A DNA stretch of 64,000 nt from Isurus oxyrinchus (taxonomy: Eukaryota): the NCBI GenBank assembly GCA_026770705.1, contig JANJGN010000071.1, forward strand, positions 1,798,001 to 1,862,000, in the 5' to 3' direction. The notes below the pieces were generated by a model, which was not told the origin of the DNA, searched no databases, and saw nothing but the letters and a program-made list of their open reading frames with translations. Within the stretch, counting starts at the first letter, position 1. The number at the start of each line of letters is the position of its first letter. The translations under genes and the position numbers were made by a program. Below, in pieces: positions 38,825 to 52,074 of this stretch.

Positions 38825-38919
38825 CTGCAAAAAGAAAGAATTTATCAGGGAGAAAGTGAGAGGAGGATTGAGGGAGAGGGAGAGAGAGAGAGAGAGGTAC
38901 AGGAGAGAGAGGGGGAGGA

Positions 38920-39565
38920 GGACAGACTTGCATTTCTCTAACGCCTTTCACCACATCCCAAAGCATTTCACAGCCACTGAAGGATGTTTTTGAAGTGCAC
39001 TCACACTGTAGGAAATGTGGCAGCTGATTTGTGCACAGCAAGATCCCACAAATAGCAATGTGATCATGGCCTAGATCATCTGTTTTTGGTGATGTTGGGT
39101 GAGGGATAAATATTGGTGCCAGGACACCGGGGAGAACTCCCCCTGCTCTTCCTCCAAATAGTGGCTGTGGGATCTTTCACACCCGCCCGAGAGGGCAGAC
39201 GGGGGACTCGGTTTAATGTCTCATTCAACATTGTTGTGCTCCCTCAGTACTAACCCTTTGACACTGCAGCACTCCCTTAGTATTAACCCTTCGATAGTGC
39301 TGCGCTCCCTCAGTACTGTCCCTCCGTCAGTGCAGCGCTACCTCAGTACTGACCCTCCGACAGTGCAACACTTCCACAGTACTGACCCTGTAACAATGCA
39401 GCACTTCCTCAGTACTGACCTCCGACAGTATAGCACTCTCTCAGTACTGTCCCTCCAATAGTGCAACACTTCCACACTACTGACCCTCTGACAGTGCAGC
39501 ACTCCCTCAGCACGGAGTGTTGACCGACGTTATGGGACTGAATTCCCTGGAGTGAGACTCAGACC
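38920..39565 (-). mobile_element. Deu-domain-like SINE with internal 33-bp expansion
   Basis: Conserved core gcacagcaagatcccaca..gagggataaatattgg..ggacaccggggagaactcc also at about 36530-36930, 45945-46215 (+) and 62135-62405. The family assignment is from recall, not a search. Confidence 0.6.
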
Positions 39566-39589
39566 AGAGATTTAGGTAGGGTTGTTCCG

Positions 39590-40690
39590 GCTGGAGGAGG
39601 TTACAGAGATAGGGAGGGTTGTAGAGGCTGTAGGAGATAACAGAGATAGGGAGGGTTCTAGAGGCTGCAGGAGGTTACAGAGATAGGGAGGGTTGTAGGG
39701 GCTGTAGGAGGTTACAGAGATGGGGGGGTTGTGGGGGCTGGAGGAGGTTACAGAGGTAGGGAGGGTTGTAGAGGCTGGAGGAGGTTACCAAAATAGATAC
39801 TGTTGTAGGGGCCACAGTAGGTTACAGAGATAGGGAGAGTTATAGTGTGGAGAGGACGTTATAGAGTTCATGAGCATTGTAGGGGCTGGAGGAGGTTACA
39901 GTGATTCTGAGGGTCGTGGGGCCTGGAGGAGGTTACAGAGATAGGGAGGGTTGTAGGGTCTGGAGGAGGTTACAGAGATAGGGAGGGTTGTAGGGTCTGG
40001 AGCAGGTTACAGAGATAGGGAGGGTTGTAGGGTCTAGAGGAGGTTACAGTGATCATGAGGGTTGTGGGGCCTGGGGGAGGTTACAGAGATAGGTAGGGTT
40101 GTAGGTGCTGGAGGAGGTTACAGAGATAGGGAGGGTTGTAGGATCTGGAGGAGGTTACAGTGATCGTGAGAGTTGTGGGGCCTGGGGGAGGTTACAGAGA
40201 TAGGGAGTGTTGTGGGGACTGTAGGAGGTTACATAGATAGGGAGGGTTGTCGGTTCTGGAGGAGGTTACAGAGATAGGGAGGGTTATAGGGACTGGAGGA
40301 GGTTACAGAGATAGGGAGGGTTGTAGAGACTGTAGGATGTTACAGAGATAGGGATTGTTGTAGGGGCTGGAGGATGTTACAGAGATAGGGAGTGTAGTAG
40401 GGGCTGGAGGAGGTTACAGAGATAGGGAGGGTTGTAGGGGCTGGAGGAGGTTACAGAGATAGGGAGGGTTGTACGGGCTGGAGGAGGTTACAGAGATAGG
40501 GAGGGTTGTAGGGGCTGGAGGAAGTTACAGAGATAGGGAGGGGTGTAGGGGCTGGAGGAGGTTACAGAGATAGGGAGGGTTGTAGGGGCTGGAGGAAGTT
40601 ACAGAGATAGGGAGGGTTGTAGGGGCTGGAGGAGTTTACAGAGATAGGGAGGGTTGTACGGGCTGGAGGAGGTTACAGAGATAGGGAGTC
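39590..40690. repeat. 37-bp minisatellite in HAMP intron 1
   Basis: Unit ggaggaggttacagagatagggagggttgtaggggct, about 30 copies; another array at about 43345-43710. Confidence 0.95.
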
Positions 40691-40865
40691 GCTGAGGAGG
40701 GATTGAAAACAAGAATGAGAATTTCAGGGGAAACGACAGAAGGAAATGATGTTAAATTCATAGAGGGCGACAATATTAAAGGCACGAACATAATAATATC
40801 AAACTGCGGAAGAGACCAGTCTATCTGGGTGGTAGACGTAGAGTCATGTGCAAGAAACACCTCAC

Positions 40866-40982
40866 CCAGAGGGACATCTCTTAGCTTAACCTCGACAAGG
40901 AGAAGAAGTGACTCAGCTGCAGGGAGAGCAGCAAAGTCAGAGTGAACAAGACAAGTCGCCATTTCATCTGGGAGCTTCCCAT
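40866..40982 (-). CDS. HAMP: Hepcidin exon 1: signal peptide (apparent lesion, 3' boundary uncertain)
   Basis: Reads MGSSQMKWRLVLFTLTLLLSLQLSHFFSLSRLS*EMSLW|gtgagg, a hydrophobic leader downstream of TATAAGA. There is an in-frame TAA at 40883-40881 before the phase-0 donor at 40866. The alternative weak donor (GAG|gttaag, 40891) is phase 2 in this frame. Confidence 0.65.
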
Positions 40983-41052
40983 CTCTGCCTGTCTCTTCTG
41001 ATCTTCTGGCTCTGCTTTGATGCTTTGGTTTGTAACTAGAGGAGCTTCCTGC

Positions 41053-41212
41053 TCTTATACCTGAAACACTTGAACACTTGAAACACTACCCGCGGGTGGG
41101 TAGCTGTGTGGTATCACACCCATTTCTGGATATTGCAGTGTCGATGTTCCCTGTCCCACTGGCCTGGGACCAGCAGTAAGGTCACTGGGACATTGACTGT
41201 CTGGCGCCGAGA
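41053..41212 (-). promoter_or_regulatory. Hepcidin proximal promoter (TATA, degenerate STAT-like site, BMP-response-like GGCGCC with adjacent AGAC)
   Basis: TATAAGA at 41059-41053; ATCCAGAAA near 41123-41131; GGCGCC at 41203-41208 immediately followed by AGAC on the - strand. Confidence 0.6.
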
Positions 41213-44064
41213 ACTATCAGTCCCTCCGCAACGCCCTTCACCTTGTGCAAATATGTGTTCGTATTGATGCAACACAACATAGCAAAAACATAGGGGCTGG
41301 TTCTTATGTCGGCAAATCAGGTGAAGCGCACGCCCCCTAACCCCTTACTCCTCTCATTGCTCCTCCTTCCTGCCAGACACTTACTATTTTACAAATTGTG
41401 TGCGTTGCTTTTATTTCGGACAAGGGGCCTCGAGGGGGAACTGATTTACGCTGAGGTTTAGGGGTTAACAGCCATGTCATGTGTTGATCGGTCAGTGTTT
41501 ACCATGTGGAGACTGTCTGTCACCAGCTTTGTTAATGGTTTATCCAGGAACATTGAAGGGCATGAACGTTCTTGCTTTGTATGGAACAAGTTACCAACTG
41601 GGTTCAGTCATCGACTCAGACTCACATCAACATAAAATGGCTTCTGACAGGTAAGTTTCTATTACATAAGGGTAGGAGGAGGCCATTTGGCCCCTCGAGC
41701 CTGCTCCACCATTCAATGAGATCATGGCTGATCTGCAAACTAGCCCCATATGCCTTTGTCCCATCTCCTTTAATACCTTTGGATAACAAAAATCTATCAG
41801 TCTCACAGGTTTAAAATGAACAACTTGATCGTGCATCAGTTCCTGTTTGGGGAAGAGAGTTCCAAATTTCTCCCACCCTTTGTACTTCCTAATTTAATTC
41901 CTTTTTAGGCTCTGACCCCGAGTCCCAGACTCCCCCCAACCAGGGGAAATGGTTTCTCTTTATCGCCCCCAATCTGTTCCCCTTAATATCATGCGAGCTT
42001 TCATCAAATCTCCTGCTTAACATTCTAACTTCCAGGGAATATAAGCCGAGTTTGTGTTTAATCTCTCCTTGTGATTTAACCCTTGGAGTCCCGGTCTCAT
42101 TCTGGTAAACTGACACTGCTCTCCCTCCGAGGTCAATATATCCTTCCTAAGGTGTGGGGCCCAGAATGTCTCACAGTGACTCCAGGTGTGGTCTAGCCAG
42201 GGCTTTATGTAGACTGAAGCATGACCTCTGCCCCCTTATATTCTAATCCGTGAGATAGAAAGGGCAGAGTTCCAGAATTGTTGTGTTTATTCGACAACAG
42301 AATAACAGAGGAAGGTTTCCTCTCTGCCCTCTTCAGCCCCACTGGGAAGGTCAGGATGAGAAGGTTGGGCTGGGTCCCCTGTACTGGACACTCGCTGAAT
42401 CTTCCAATGATAGTTCTGGGCTGGATTTCAAAACGCATAGACAAGGATTCAGTGTTCCATCACATTCTGCCTTTGTCTCTTTTCCTCTCGTTCTCTTTCT
42501 CTACCATCCTCTCTCTCTATCTATCTATCTTTCTCCTCATTCTCTCCTGCTTCATCTCTATCACTTTCTTTCTACTTCTTTGTGTGTCTCTGTCTCTCTC
42601 TCTCTCTCACTCTTTCTTTCCTTGTCCTTATCTCTTTCAGTGTCTCCCTCTTTCTCTCTCTCTCTCTCTCTCTCTAAATGTGACCCTCTCTAACAGTTTG
42701 GCCCAGTACTCTTATTTCCCTGTTTTACTGGTGTTCCATTTGAAGGTATACAAGACCAGATCAGACCAGAATGTTTATTTTCCAGTGTTTACTGTGTTTT
42801 TTTCATTCTGGATGTCTCTCGACTCTGTCTGTCCCTCTCTGTCCTTTTATTTCATTCTTTCATGTGATGTGGACATCACTGCCTAGGCCAGCATTTATTG
42901 CCCAACCCTAATTGCCCTTGTTCAGAGGCCACTTTTTAAAAGTGAACCACATTGCTGTGGGTCTGGAGTCACATGTAGGCCAGACCAGGTAAGGACAGCA
43001 GATTTCCCTCCCTAAAGGGCATTTGTGACCCAAATACAAGAATCAGCAATGGTTTCCTGGTCATCATCGGACTTTTAATTCCAGGTTTTTATTGAATTGA
43101 AATTCCACCAACTGCTGTGGTGGGATTCTAACCAGGGTCCCAGGAGCATTACACTGGGTCTCTGGATTACTGGTCCAGCGAAAATACCATCAGGCCAACA
43201 CCTCCCCAATCTTCCCTTCCACCATCTTTCACACTTGTTCTGTCTCTCTCTCACTCTCCTTCTCTCTTCCCCCTCTCTCAGTCTCTGTCTCTCAATCTCT
43301 CTATCGCTCTCTCTCTCCCTGTCGCTCTCTCTCTGACTGTCTCCCTCCCTATATCTGTAACCTCCTCTCTCTGTCCCTTTCCTCCAGCCCCTACAACCCT
43401 CCCTATCTCTGTAACCTCCACCTGCCCCTACAATCCTCCCCATCTCTGTAACCTCCTCCACCTCCCACAACCCTCCCTATATCTGTAACCTCCTCCACAA
43501 GCCCATACAATCCTCCCTATCCCTGTAACAACCTCCAGCCCGACAACACCCCTATACATGTCACCTCCTGTAGCCACTGTAACCCTAATAATCTCCCAAG
43601 CCTCCACCAGCCTTGACAATCCTGCCCATCTCTGTAACCACCTTCAACCCCTACACCCCTCCCTATACCTGTAACCTCCTCCAGCCCCTGTAACCCTCCC
43701 TATCCCTTGAAGGGTTCTCAAAATTCCCACATTTTCCATATCATCAACAAGGATATCACTTTTGCACCTTTAAACTGCTGAGTTAAGTGGAAAACCCTGC
43801 AGACAGGAGGCTGGGCCCATGAAGGCCTGGGGCTGCACATGTCCGGGCTTATTGAGAGCAGTGTGGAATGTTTGGCCTGAAACCAGACAACGAGAGGAGA
43901 CAGAATACGCATTCTTCCCTTTAATACAATCAACCCAGAGAAAGACTTCACTTCACACGCAACTGAAGCCCATCTAAATCTTGCATCAATAATCGCTCCT
44001 AACTTCTGAGGCCGGCAATTTAATTATGCGAAGCCATCAATACTCCACACATACAATGGCTTTC

Positions 44065-44950
44065 ACAATCTCTCTCTATCACACTCCTGTGCTCTCTCTC
44101 TCTCTCTCACACACACACATTCTCTCTCTAACACTCACAATCTCTCTCTATCACACTCTTCTGCTCTAATTCTCTCTCTCACACACACACATTCTCTCTC
44201 TAACACTCACAATCTCTCTCTATCGCACTCTTCTGCTCTATCTCTCTCTCACACACACACATTCTCTCTCTAACACTCACAATCTCTATCTATCGCACTC
44301 TTCTGCTCTATCTCTCTCTCTCACACACACACACATTCTCTCTCTAACACTCACAATCTCTCTCTATCACACTCTTCTGCTCTGTCTCTCTCTCACACAC
44401 ACACATTCTCTCTCTAACACTCACAATCTCTCTCTATCGCACTCTACTGCTCTCTCTCTCTCTCTCACAAACACAATCTCTCTCTATCACACTCCTCTGC
44501 TCTATCTCTCTCTCTCACACACACACATTCTCTCTCTAACACTCACAATCTCTCTCTAAAACACTCCTCTGCTCTATCTCTCTCTCACACACACAGACAT
44601 TCTCTAACACTCACAATCTCTCTCTATCGCACTCTTCTGCTCTCTCTCTCTCTCTCACACACACACATTCTCTCTCCAACACTCACAATCTCTCTCTATC
44701 GCACTCTTCTGCTCTATATCTCTCTCACACACACATTCTCTCTCTAACACTCACAATCTCTCTCTATCACACTCTTCTGCTCTATCTCTCTCTCACACAC
44801 ACATTCTCTCTCTAACACTCACAATCTCTCTCTATCACACTCTTCTGCTCTCTCTCTCTCACACACACACATTCTCTCTCTAACACTCACAATCTCTCTC
44901 TATCGCACTCTTCTGCTCTATCTCTCTCTCTCTCACACACACATTCTCTC
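44065..44950. repeat. Compound ~60-bp CT/CA tandem repeat
   Basis: Recurring cacaatctctctctatcacactcttctgctct..cacacattctctctctaacact. Confidence 0.9.
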
Positions 44951-45129
44951 TGTCTCCCTCCCTCAAATACATTCTCTCTCTCTCAGACACAAACACTCTC
45001 TCACACACTCACACACTTTCCCTAAAACTAACACAATCTCTCTTTCTGTCAAGCACACACTCTCTCTCACACACACACACTCTCTCTCTCAGACACGCAC
45101 ATTCTCTCTCTCTCAAACATTTAACATTT

Positions 45130-48069
45130 CTCTTCATCTCGGTCTTCTGCTGTCTCTCTCTTTCTCTCCCTCGCACACACACACACTCTCTGTCACAAAC
45201 ACACGCTCTCTCCCACACACTCTCTCTCACACATTCTCACATGCACACTCTCTCCCTCATATACAAACACTCTCCCTCACACATGCACACACTCTCTCTA
45301 TCTCTTTTTCTCTCTCACACAGTCTCTCTGTCTCTCTCTCTCTCTCAGACACTCTCTCTCTCTCTGATAAAGAATGTTTTAAGACCTGCTCATGATTTCA
45401 GCTCAAAACCCAGGTAGATTCTCCCCAGTGAGGGAGTGGTGAGGGTGTGCTGCACTGTCAGAAGATCAGTACTGAGGGCATGCTGCACTGTCAGAGGGTA
45501 AGTACTGAGGGAGTGCTGCACTGTCGGAGGATCAGTACTGAACACAATGTCCATTCAGAACAGCTCGGTCCCCGATCAGAGAAACAGCCTCAGACAGAAC
45601 CAACTGACGCTGGAATCCATACAATTCATCAACGTGTTGGGAGTTAGTTTGATGTCGGAGATGGAGTGTTACTGGGAAGGAGGGAACCCGTCAGGATGAA
45701 CAGCTCGATGTACGATAAGGAAAGGATGAGCTAAGAGGGGTTGGCCACGGACAGACGGAGCATGTGAAGACTCAACAACCTAATGGCAGGTGAAGAGCTG
45801 GAAAGGTGTCTTTTCAACACAAGGTTTAGACACAGATCTCGATGTTTGATCGGGTATTTCAAACCAGAGAAACTCTTTACAGGGTGAATGGACCTTGTCA
45901 ATAATCCATCCAGCCAACCTCGCCTGGAGATTAGTCCAATATTAGACACTAAACCGAGTCCCCCCTCTGCCCTCTCGGGCGGGTGTGAAAGATCCCACAG
46001 CCACTATTTGGAGGAAGAGCAGGGGGGAGTTCTCCCCGGTGTCCTGGGACCAGTATTTATCCCTCAACCAACATCACCAAAAACAGATGATCACATTGCT
46101 GTTTGTGGGAGCTTGCTGTGCGCTAATTGGCTGCTGCGTTTCCTACATTACAACAGTAACCACACTTCGAAAAAAGGGTGAACTCTATTGTAAAGTGTTC
46201 TGGGACATCCAGAGACCATGCTATACAGAAGAGATTTGACAGGAGCAGCAAGTGTTTTACTTACAGGAGAATGAGTCCCCAGGGTTGTAGAGTCAATCCT
46301 GTCAGATGAATGTCTAACTGAAGACACTTCAGGGAGCTGATCTAATTCTGGAAATGTTCAGTTTAGCAGGATCGGAGGAGAGATGATCTTCCTCTCCTGA
46401 CTGCATCGGACACGAGGTGAACTGGCTCTGGGAGGAGGGTCAGTGTTAACCCAGTTTTTCTGTGTTTGAAGGAGATGTGAAACTGGGGAAGTCACGTGGT
46501 TTTTTGGTGTGGTCACTCCATGTCTTTATTTGGTGCAGCACTCATTTAGTTCCTGTCATTGTTTCAATGCTACAAAACCACAGCGCATTCTGGACTATTT
46601 CTGCCTGACCTGCTGTCAGATACACACAGTCTGACAGAGAGGCGGAAAAGTGGTCCCTAGCAACGTGTGTAACTGTGAACTCGNNNNNNNNNNNNNNNNN
46701 NNNNNNNNNNNNNNNNNNNNNNNNNNNNNNNNNNNNNNNNNNNNNNNNNNNNNNNNNNNNNNNNNNNNNNNNNNNNNNNNNNNNNNNNNNNNNNNNNNNN
46801 NNNNNNNNNNNNNNNNNNNNNNNNNNNNNNNNNNNNNNNNNNNNNNNNNNNNNNNNNNTCAAACACACACTCTTTTGCACAAACACTCTCACGCACACAC
46901 ATGCACACACACACGCACACAAACGCACAAACTCACTCACACACAAACCCTCACACACACACAGAAACAAACATTAGCACACACACACACACACACTCAC
47001 ACATGCACACATACTCTCAAACACACACTGTTTTGCACAAACACTTTCTCTTTCACACACACACATACACACACACTCTCTCTCTCACACACATGTTCTC
47101 TCTCACTCCCTGTCTCAAACACACAATCTCCCCCTCCCTCAAACACTCACACCATCTCTTTCTCGCACACTCCCTCTCTCAAACACACACACCCTCTTTC
47201 TCAAACACACACACACACACCATCTCACACACACACTCTCACATACACAAACACTCTCTCACAGACACACACTCTCTTTTGCACACACACTATCTCACAC
47301 GCACATTCTCTCTATCTTTCTCTCTCACACATAAATTCTCTCTCACTCTCACAGACGTTCTCTTTCTCTCACACACACTCTCTCTCTCACACACACAAGC
47401 TACCTCCCTCTCTCATGCACACACACTCTACCTCTCTTTTGCTCTCTCACACATACACACTCTCAGTCTCTCACACATACATTGTCTCTCTCTCTCACAT
47501 AAACGCACTCTCTCTCTCTGAGATGGAAGGTTGGGATTTTGAGACCGTCTCAAGGTTTCAGCTTAAAATGCGGACGGACTCTTCCCAGTGAGGGAGTGCT
47601 GCACTGTTGGAGGGTCAGTACTGAGGGAGTGCTGCACGTCCAGAGGGTCGGTACTGAGGGAGAGCTGCACTCCCAGAGGGTCAGTGCTGAGGGAGTGCTG
47701 CACTCCCAGAGGGTCAATACTGAAGGAGTGCTGCACTCTCAAAGGGTCAATGCTGAGGGAGTGCTGCACTGTCAGAGGGTGGGCACTGAGAGAATGCTGC
47801 TCTGTCAGACCTGCCATATTTCAGATGACATTTGAAATTAGCAACTTGCCTCATGTATAATTATATATCATCAGCTCAAAATAAATAGATTATTCCTGTA
47901 TGTTTCACTTTACTGTAAATTGTTTGCAGTTTCATTTCCTTAGAAACCAGGCTTGTGTGATCACTATTTTTAAATAACGTTAATAATAAAGATGCAACAA
48001 TCCACACGCACACATGTACACACACACACACACTCACTCACAAGGGTACATAGACAGACACACACTCAC
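45130..48069. repeat. Left arm of large inverted duplication (partner 60510-64000)
   Basis: 45536-46683 is the reverse complement of 61665-62812, and 47500-48030 of 60520-61180. Near-identical ORFs appear on opposite strands (45888 + vs 62462 -). Confidence 0.9.
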
Positions 48070-48211
48070 NNNNNNNNNNNNNNNNNNNNNNNNNNNNNNN
48101 NNNNNNNNNNNNNNNNNNNNNNNNNNNNNNNNNNNNNNNNNNNNNNNNNNNNNNNNNNNNNNNNNNNNNNNNNNNNNNNNNNNNNNNNNNNNNNNNNNNN
48201 NNNNNNNNNNN

Positions 48212-50400
48212 GTTAGAGTCCAATAAAAATTTAAAAGAATATATGATTAATACAATTGCTTGTCTTTGAGGTGTAGATTGTTGACGTTTGCAGCTGTTCA
48301 AGGTTAATTGGTTTCCTGTGGCATCCTGGTGGTGATTTGATTCAGATTTGCACTTTGTTGAAGATGCGCTGTTAGCTTCAGAAAGAGAGAGAGAGAGAGA
48401 GAGAATTTCTGCTCTTTTCCAGCAGTGTTTTTGAGTGACTGCCATCTTTCTTTTTCCTCCTACTTTCTCTTATATCTGCTTGACAGAACCTGTTGTTAAA
48501 CTCCTGTCTGTATATTCCCAAAGGGAATTTGATCAGCATGTCTTGCATTCATTGTCACAGACCAAGTAATCCCTTTTTTGATCTTTGCATCTCTGAAACA
48601 TTTGATGCATTTCAAGATATAAATCAACAGGAGATGGAGGCATTTCATCCTCCACAAGGGGTTTTGAATGACTGATGAATATCTGCATGGTGAGCAGTTC
48701 CCATTAGCTTGATAGACCTACAGTGATCAGAGTCCAGCGCTTTGCATTTTTAATGGAGCCCCTGTTTCAGGTGGACCCTGACACACCTCAGTGAGAACTT
48801 TCATGCAACATGTCTGTAGTGCAATTCATTTGAAGCTTTCCAGAGAAGTGATCAAGTTTGCAGTATCAGCAATCAGGTGACTCGTGACAGCCATTTTTGA
48901 TCAATGCCTAATCTTGTACTTTTGAAAAACAGGTCTCCTTTAAACAGTTCAATACGTTTTTGGCTCATTGGTTAAGTTGAAGGAAGCTCTGTTATGACAT
49001 AACAGATGGTAAATGCTGAGCTGTTCAAATCCTGGAGGGAAACTTGAAACAACTGTCACAACCAATTTCCAACTTGTATGTTTTGAGATGTGGGCTTTGA
49101 ATTCAGTAGTAATGAGATTAAGATGTTTAAGAGGTAATTATGGTTGGTTGAAAAAAAGGGTTTAAAATATATTTTCCCCCAAATGCAATTTCCAAAGCAA
49201 GTCTCTTTGATTGTTAAGAATGAACCAATTAAACCACGTTTGGTGGAGTCAAAGAAAGAGTAAGTTTATTAGTTACCTAACTGGAGGAAAAATAATTAAA
49301 ATGGGACAAAACACACACACAAATGCACACATACACACACACACACACACACACAGACAAACGCACATACACACAGATAGGTGCACAGACATACACACAC
49401 AGACAGATACACACAGACAGGCTCACATGCACAGACAGACAAATGCACACACACAGNNNNNNNNNNNNNNNNNNNNNNNNNNNNNNNNNNNNNNNNNNNN
49501 NNNNNNNNNNNNNNNNNNNNNNNNNNNNNNNNNNNNNNNNNNNNNNNNNNNNNNNNNNNNNNNNNNNNNNNNNNNNNNNNNNNNNNNNNNNNNNNNNNNN
49601 NNNNNNNNNNNATAATTATGGAGTCTAATAAAAAATTAAAAGAGTTGTTTGCTTGTACTACAGCGTAGGCTGTGAAGTTTGAAGCTGTTTTAAATTAGTT
49701 GGTTTTCTGTAGATTCCTGTATTTTATCTGGCTCAGACTTGCACATTGTTGAAGACATTCTGTTAGCTTCAGACAGAGAGATAGAGAGGGAGAAATCATT
49801 TCTGCTCTTTTCCAGCAGTGTTTGTGGAAGACTGCCATATTTCTTTTTCCCCTCCTTTCTCTTATATCTGCTTGGCAGAACCATTTGTTAAACTCCTGTC
49901 TGTATATCCCTGAAGTCAATTCGATCAGCATGTTTTGCATTCATTGTTATAGACCAAGTATTCCCATTTTTTTATCTTTGCATCTCTGAAACCTTTGATG
50001 CATTTCAAGATATAAATCAACAGGAGACGGGGGTATTGTATCCTCCACAGGAGGTTTTGAATGGCTGATGATTATCTGCTTGGTGAGCAGTTCCCAATGT
50101 TTTGATTGAACTACAGCTGATCAAAGTCCAGCATTTTACATTTTAATGCCTTCCTTTTAAGAGTGTCTCTATTTGAAGTGGACCCTGACACACCCCAGGC
50201 GTGAACTTCCATGCAACAGGTCTGCAGTGCAATTCATTTGAACCTTTCCAGAGAAGTGATCAACTTCACAGTATCAGCAATCAGGTGACTTGTGTCAGCC
50301 ATTTTTGATCTGTGTACAATCTTGTATTTCTTTGAAAAACAGGTCGCTTTTAGACAGTTCAATATGTCTTTGGTCTGTTAGTTAAGTTGTAGGAAGCTCT
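48212..50400. repeat. Diverged direct duplication, period about 1.4 kb
   Basis: 48215-48990 aligns with 49620-50400. Confidence 0.8.
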
Positions 50401-52074
50401 TAATCGCAGTTTGTTGTCATTGGGATATTGTCTTTGTGTGTGTGTGTGTGTGTGTGCTAGAGTGTGTGAGTGAATGTGTGTGTGTGAGTGAATGTGTGTG
50501 TGTGTGTGAATGTGTGTGTTTGTGTCTGTCTGNNNNNNNNNNNNNNNNNNNNNNNNNNNNNNNNNNNNNNNNNNNNNNNNNNNNNNNNNNNNNNNNNNNN
50601 NNNNNNNNNNNNNNNNNNNNNNNNNNNNNNNNNNNNNNNNNNNNNNNNNNNNNNNNNNNNNNNNNNNNNNNNNNNNNNNNNNNNNNNNNNNNNNNNNNNN
50701 NNNNNNNNNNNNNNNNNNNNNNNNNNNNNNNNNNNNNNNNNNNNNNNNNNNNNNNNNNNNNNNNNNNNNNNNNNNNNNNNNNNNNNNNAGTGAAACCTCC
50801 TTGAGTCTGGCCACTGTGTTTAACATTTAAGGCACACAGACAGGATGTGCTTAAAAGGTGAAACCACAAGGAGTGAGTGACTTTCTCAGTGACTGTCTCT
50901 CTGTGGGTTTCCTGTGGGTTTCTGTGAACGGCCTGTGGTTTTAAAAAAATCTTCCAACCCCACATGCACGGCATCAAATAAGGAATTGGAAGCTGCTGCT
51001 CAGAGAGTAACTAGTCCCCCGAGAATTCACAGCCCCTCAAACACAGATTAACAGCATTAATCCTGACCGTCAGCCCACTCACTCATTGCCTCTTGTCTCA
51101 GACACTAGAAAGTGGAAGTTAAGGCCGGATTTTCACTCCCGGGTCGGGGGACACAGAGACAGCAGGAAAAAATAACAAAATATGTCTCGAGCACACAGAG
51201 CTCCAAGGGAAGGGTCGTGCTGCAGCTAAGGTGTGAGACATGGTACATTCCGCGGATGCAGCATTGAGGCTTGTATGTCTACACAGCTGATGTAGGTGCA
51301 CATGGAACACGTGTGAATGAGCACTGTGATGCACACACACCCTGGAGAGTAATATCCCTCCATGCACTACATATCAGGCTAACATCAACTCATGTTGTCA
51401 TTGCTGACCAACAGGGTTGAAGCAGGTCACAGAGACGGCTCATCTTAAACCCCTCGATTAGATCACCCCTTAATCTTAGAGACTCGAGGGAACACAAGCC
51501 TGGTCTGTGCAACCTGTCCTCGGGATTTAACCCTTTCAGCCCCGGGATCGTTCTGGTGACTCTGCACAGCACCCCCTCCAAGGACAATATATCCTTCCTA
51601 AGCTGCTGGACCCAGAACTGAACCCAGTGACACCAGATTGGGTGTGAGGGGACCTTAATAAAACTGTGCCAGACACTTCAAAAATCTCTTCAATTCAACC
51701 TTGTAAACGCAGTAGGAAAAATCCCACGGGGCCATTGTATCTTAGCAACATCGTAAACTTGGCCAAAAGAATCCCCCTGGTCACTCCTGAGTGTTACTTA
51801 TATTGTAAACACAACGTTTCCAGCTCCTCCAGTCTCTGAGAAGCAAAACTAGGACACTAAAGCACCACCACTGGCAGGAGGCTGTAATTACAGTGTGACA
51901 TGTTTACATGGGAATGTTCCATTACCAATGACATAGGAATTTAAATAATCAGAAGGACATGTGACAACAGGAAGTGGTGCCTTGGAGAATGGAATTATTC
52001 ACTAGAATACATATTTAATTTGATAAAAATGTACAGAAATGTCAGGGCATTTTAATTACTTCTTTTTTGTATTC

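Noticed and set aside
42278-42886. 202-aa hydrophobic ORF resembling a membrane protein
   Set aside because: Derived from CT-rich low-complexity sequence, like the ORFs at 37972-38495.
45560-46420. Possible NLR/NACHT-like or RHIM-like remnants in the inverted-repeat arm
   Set aside because: All frames I read contain stops and the resemblance is too weak to support without a search.
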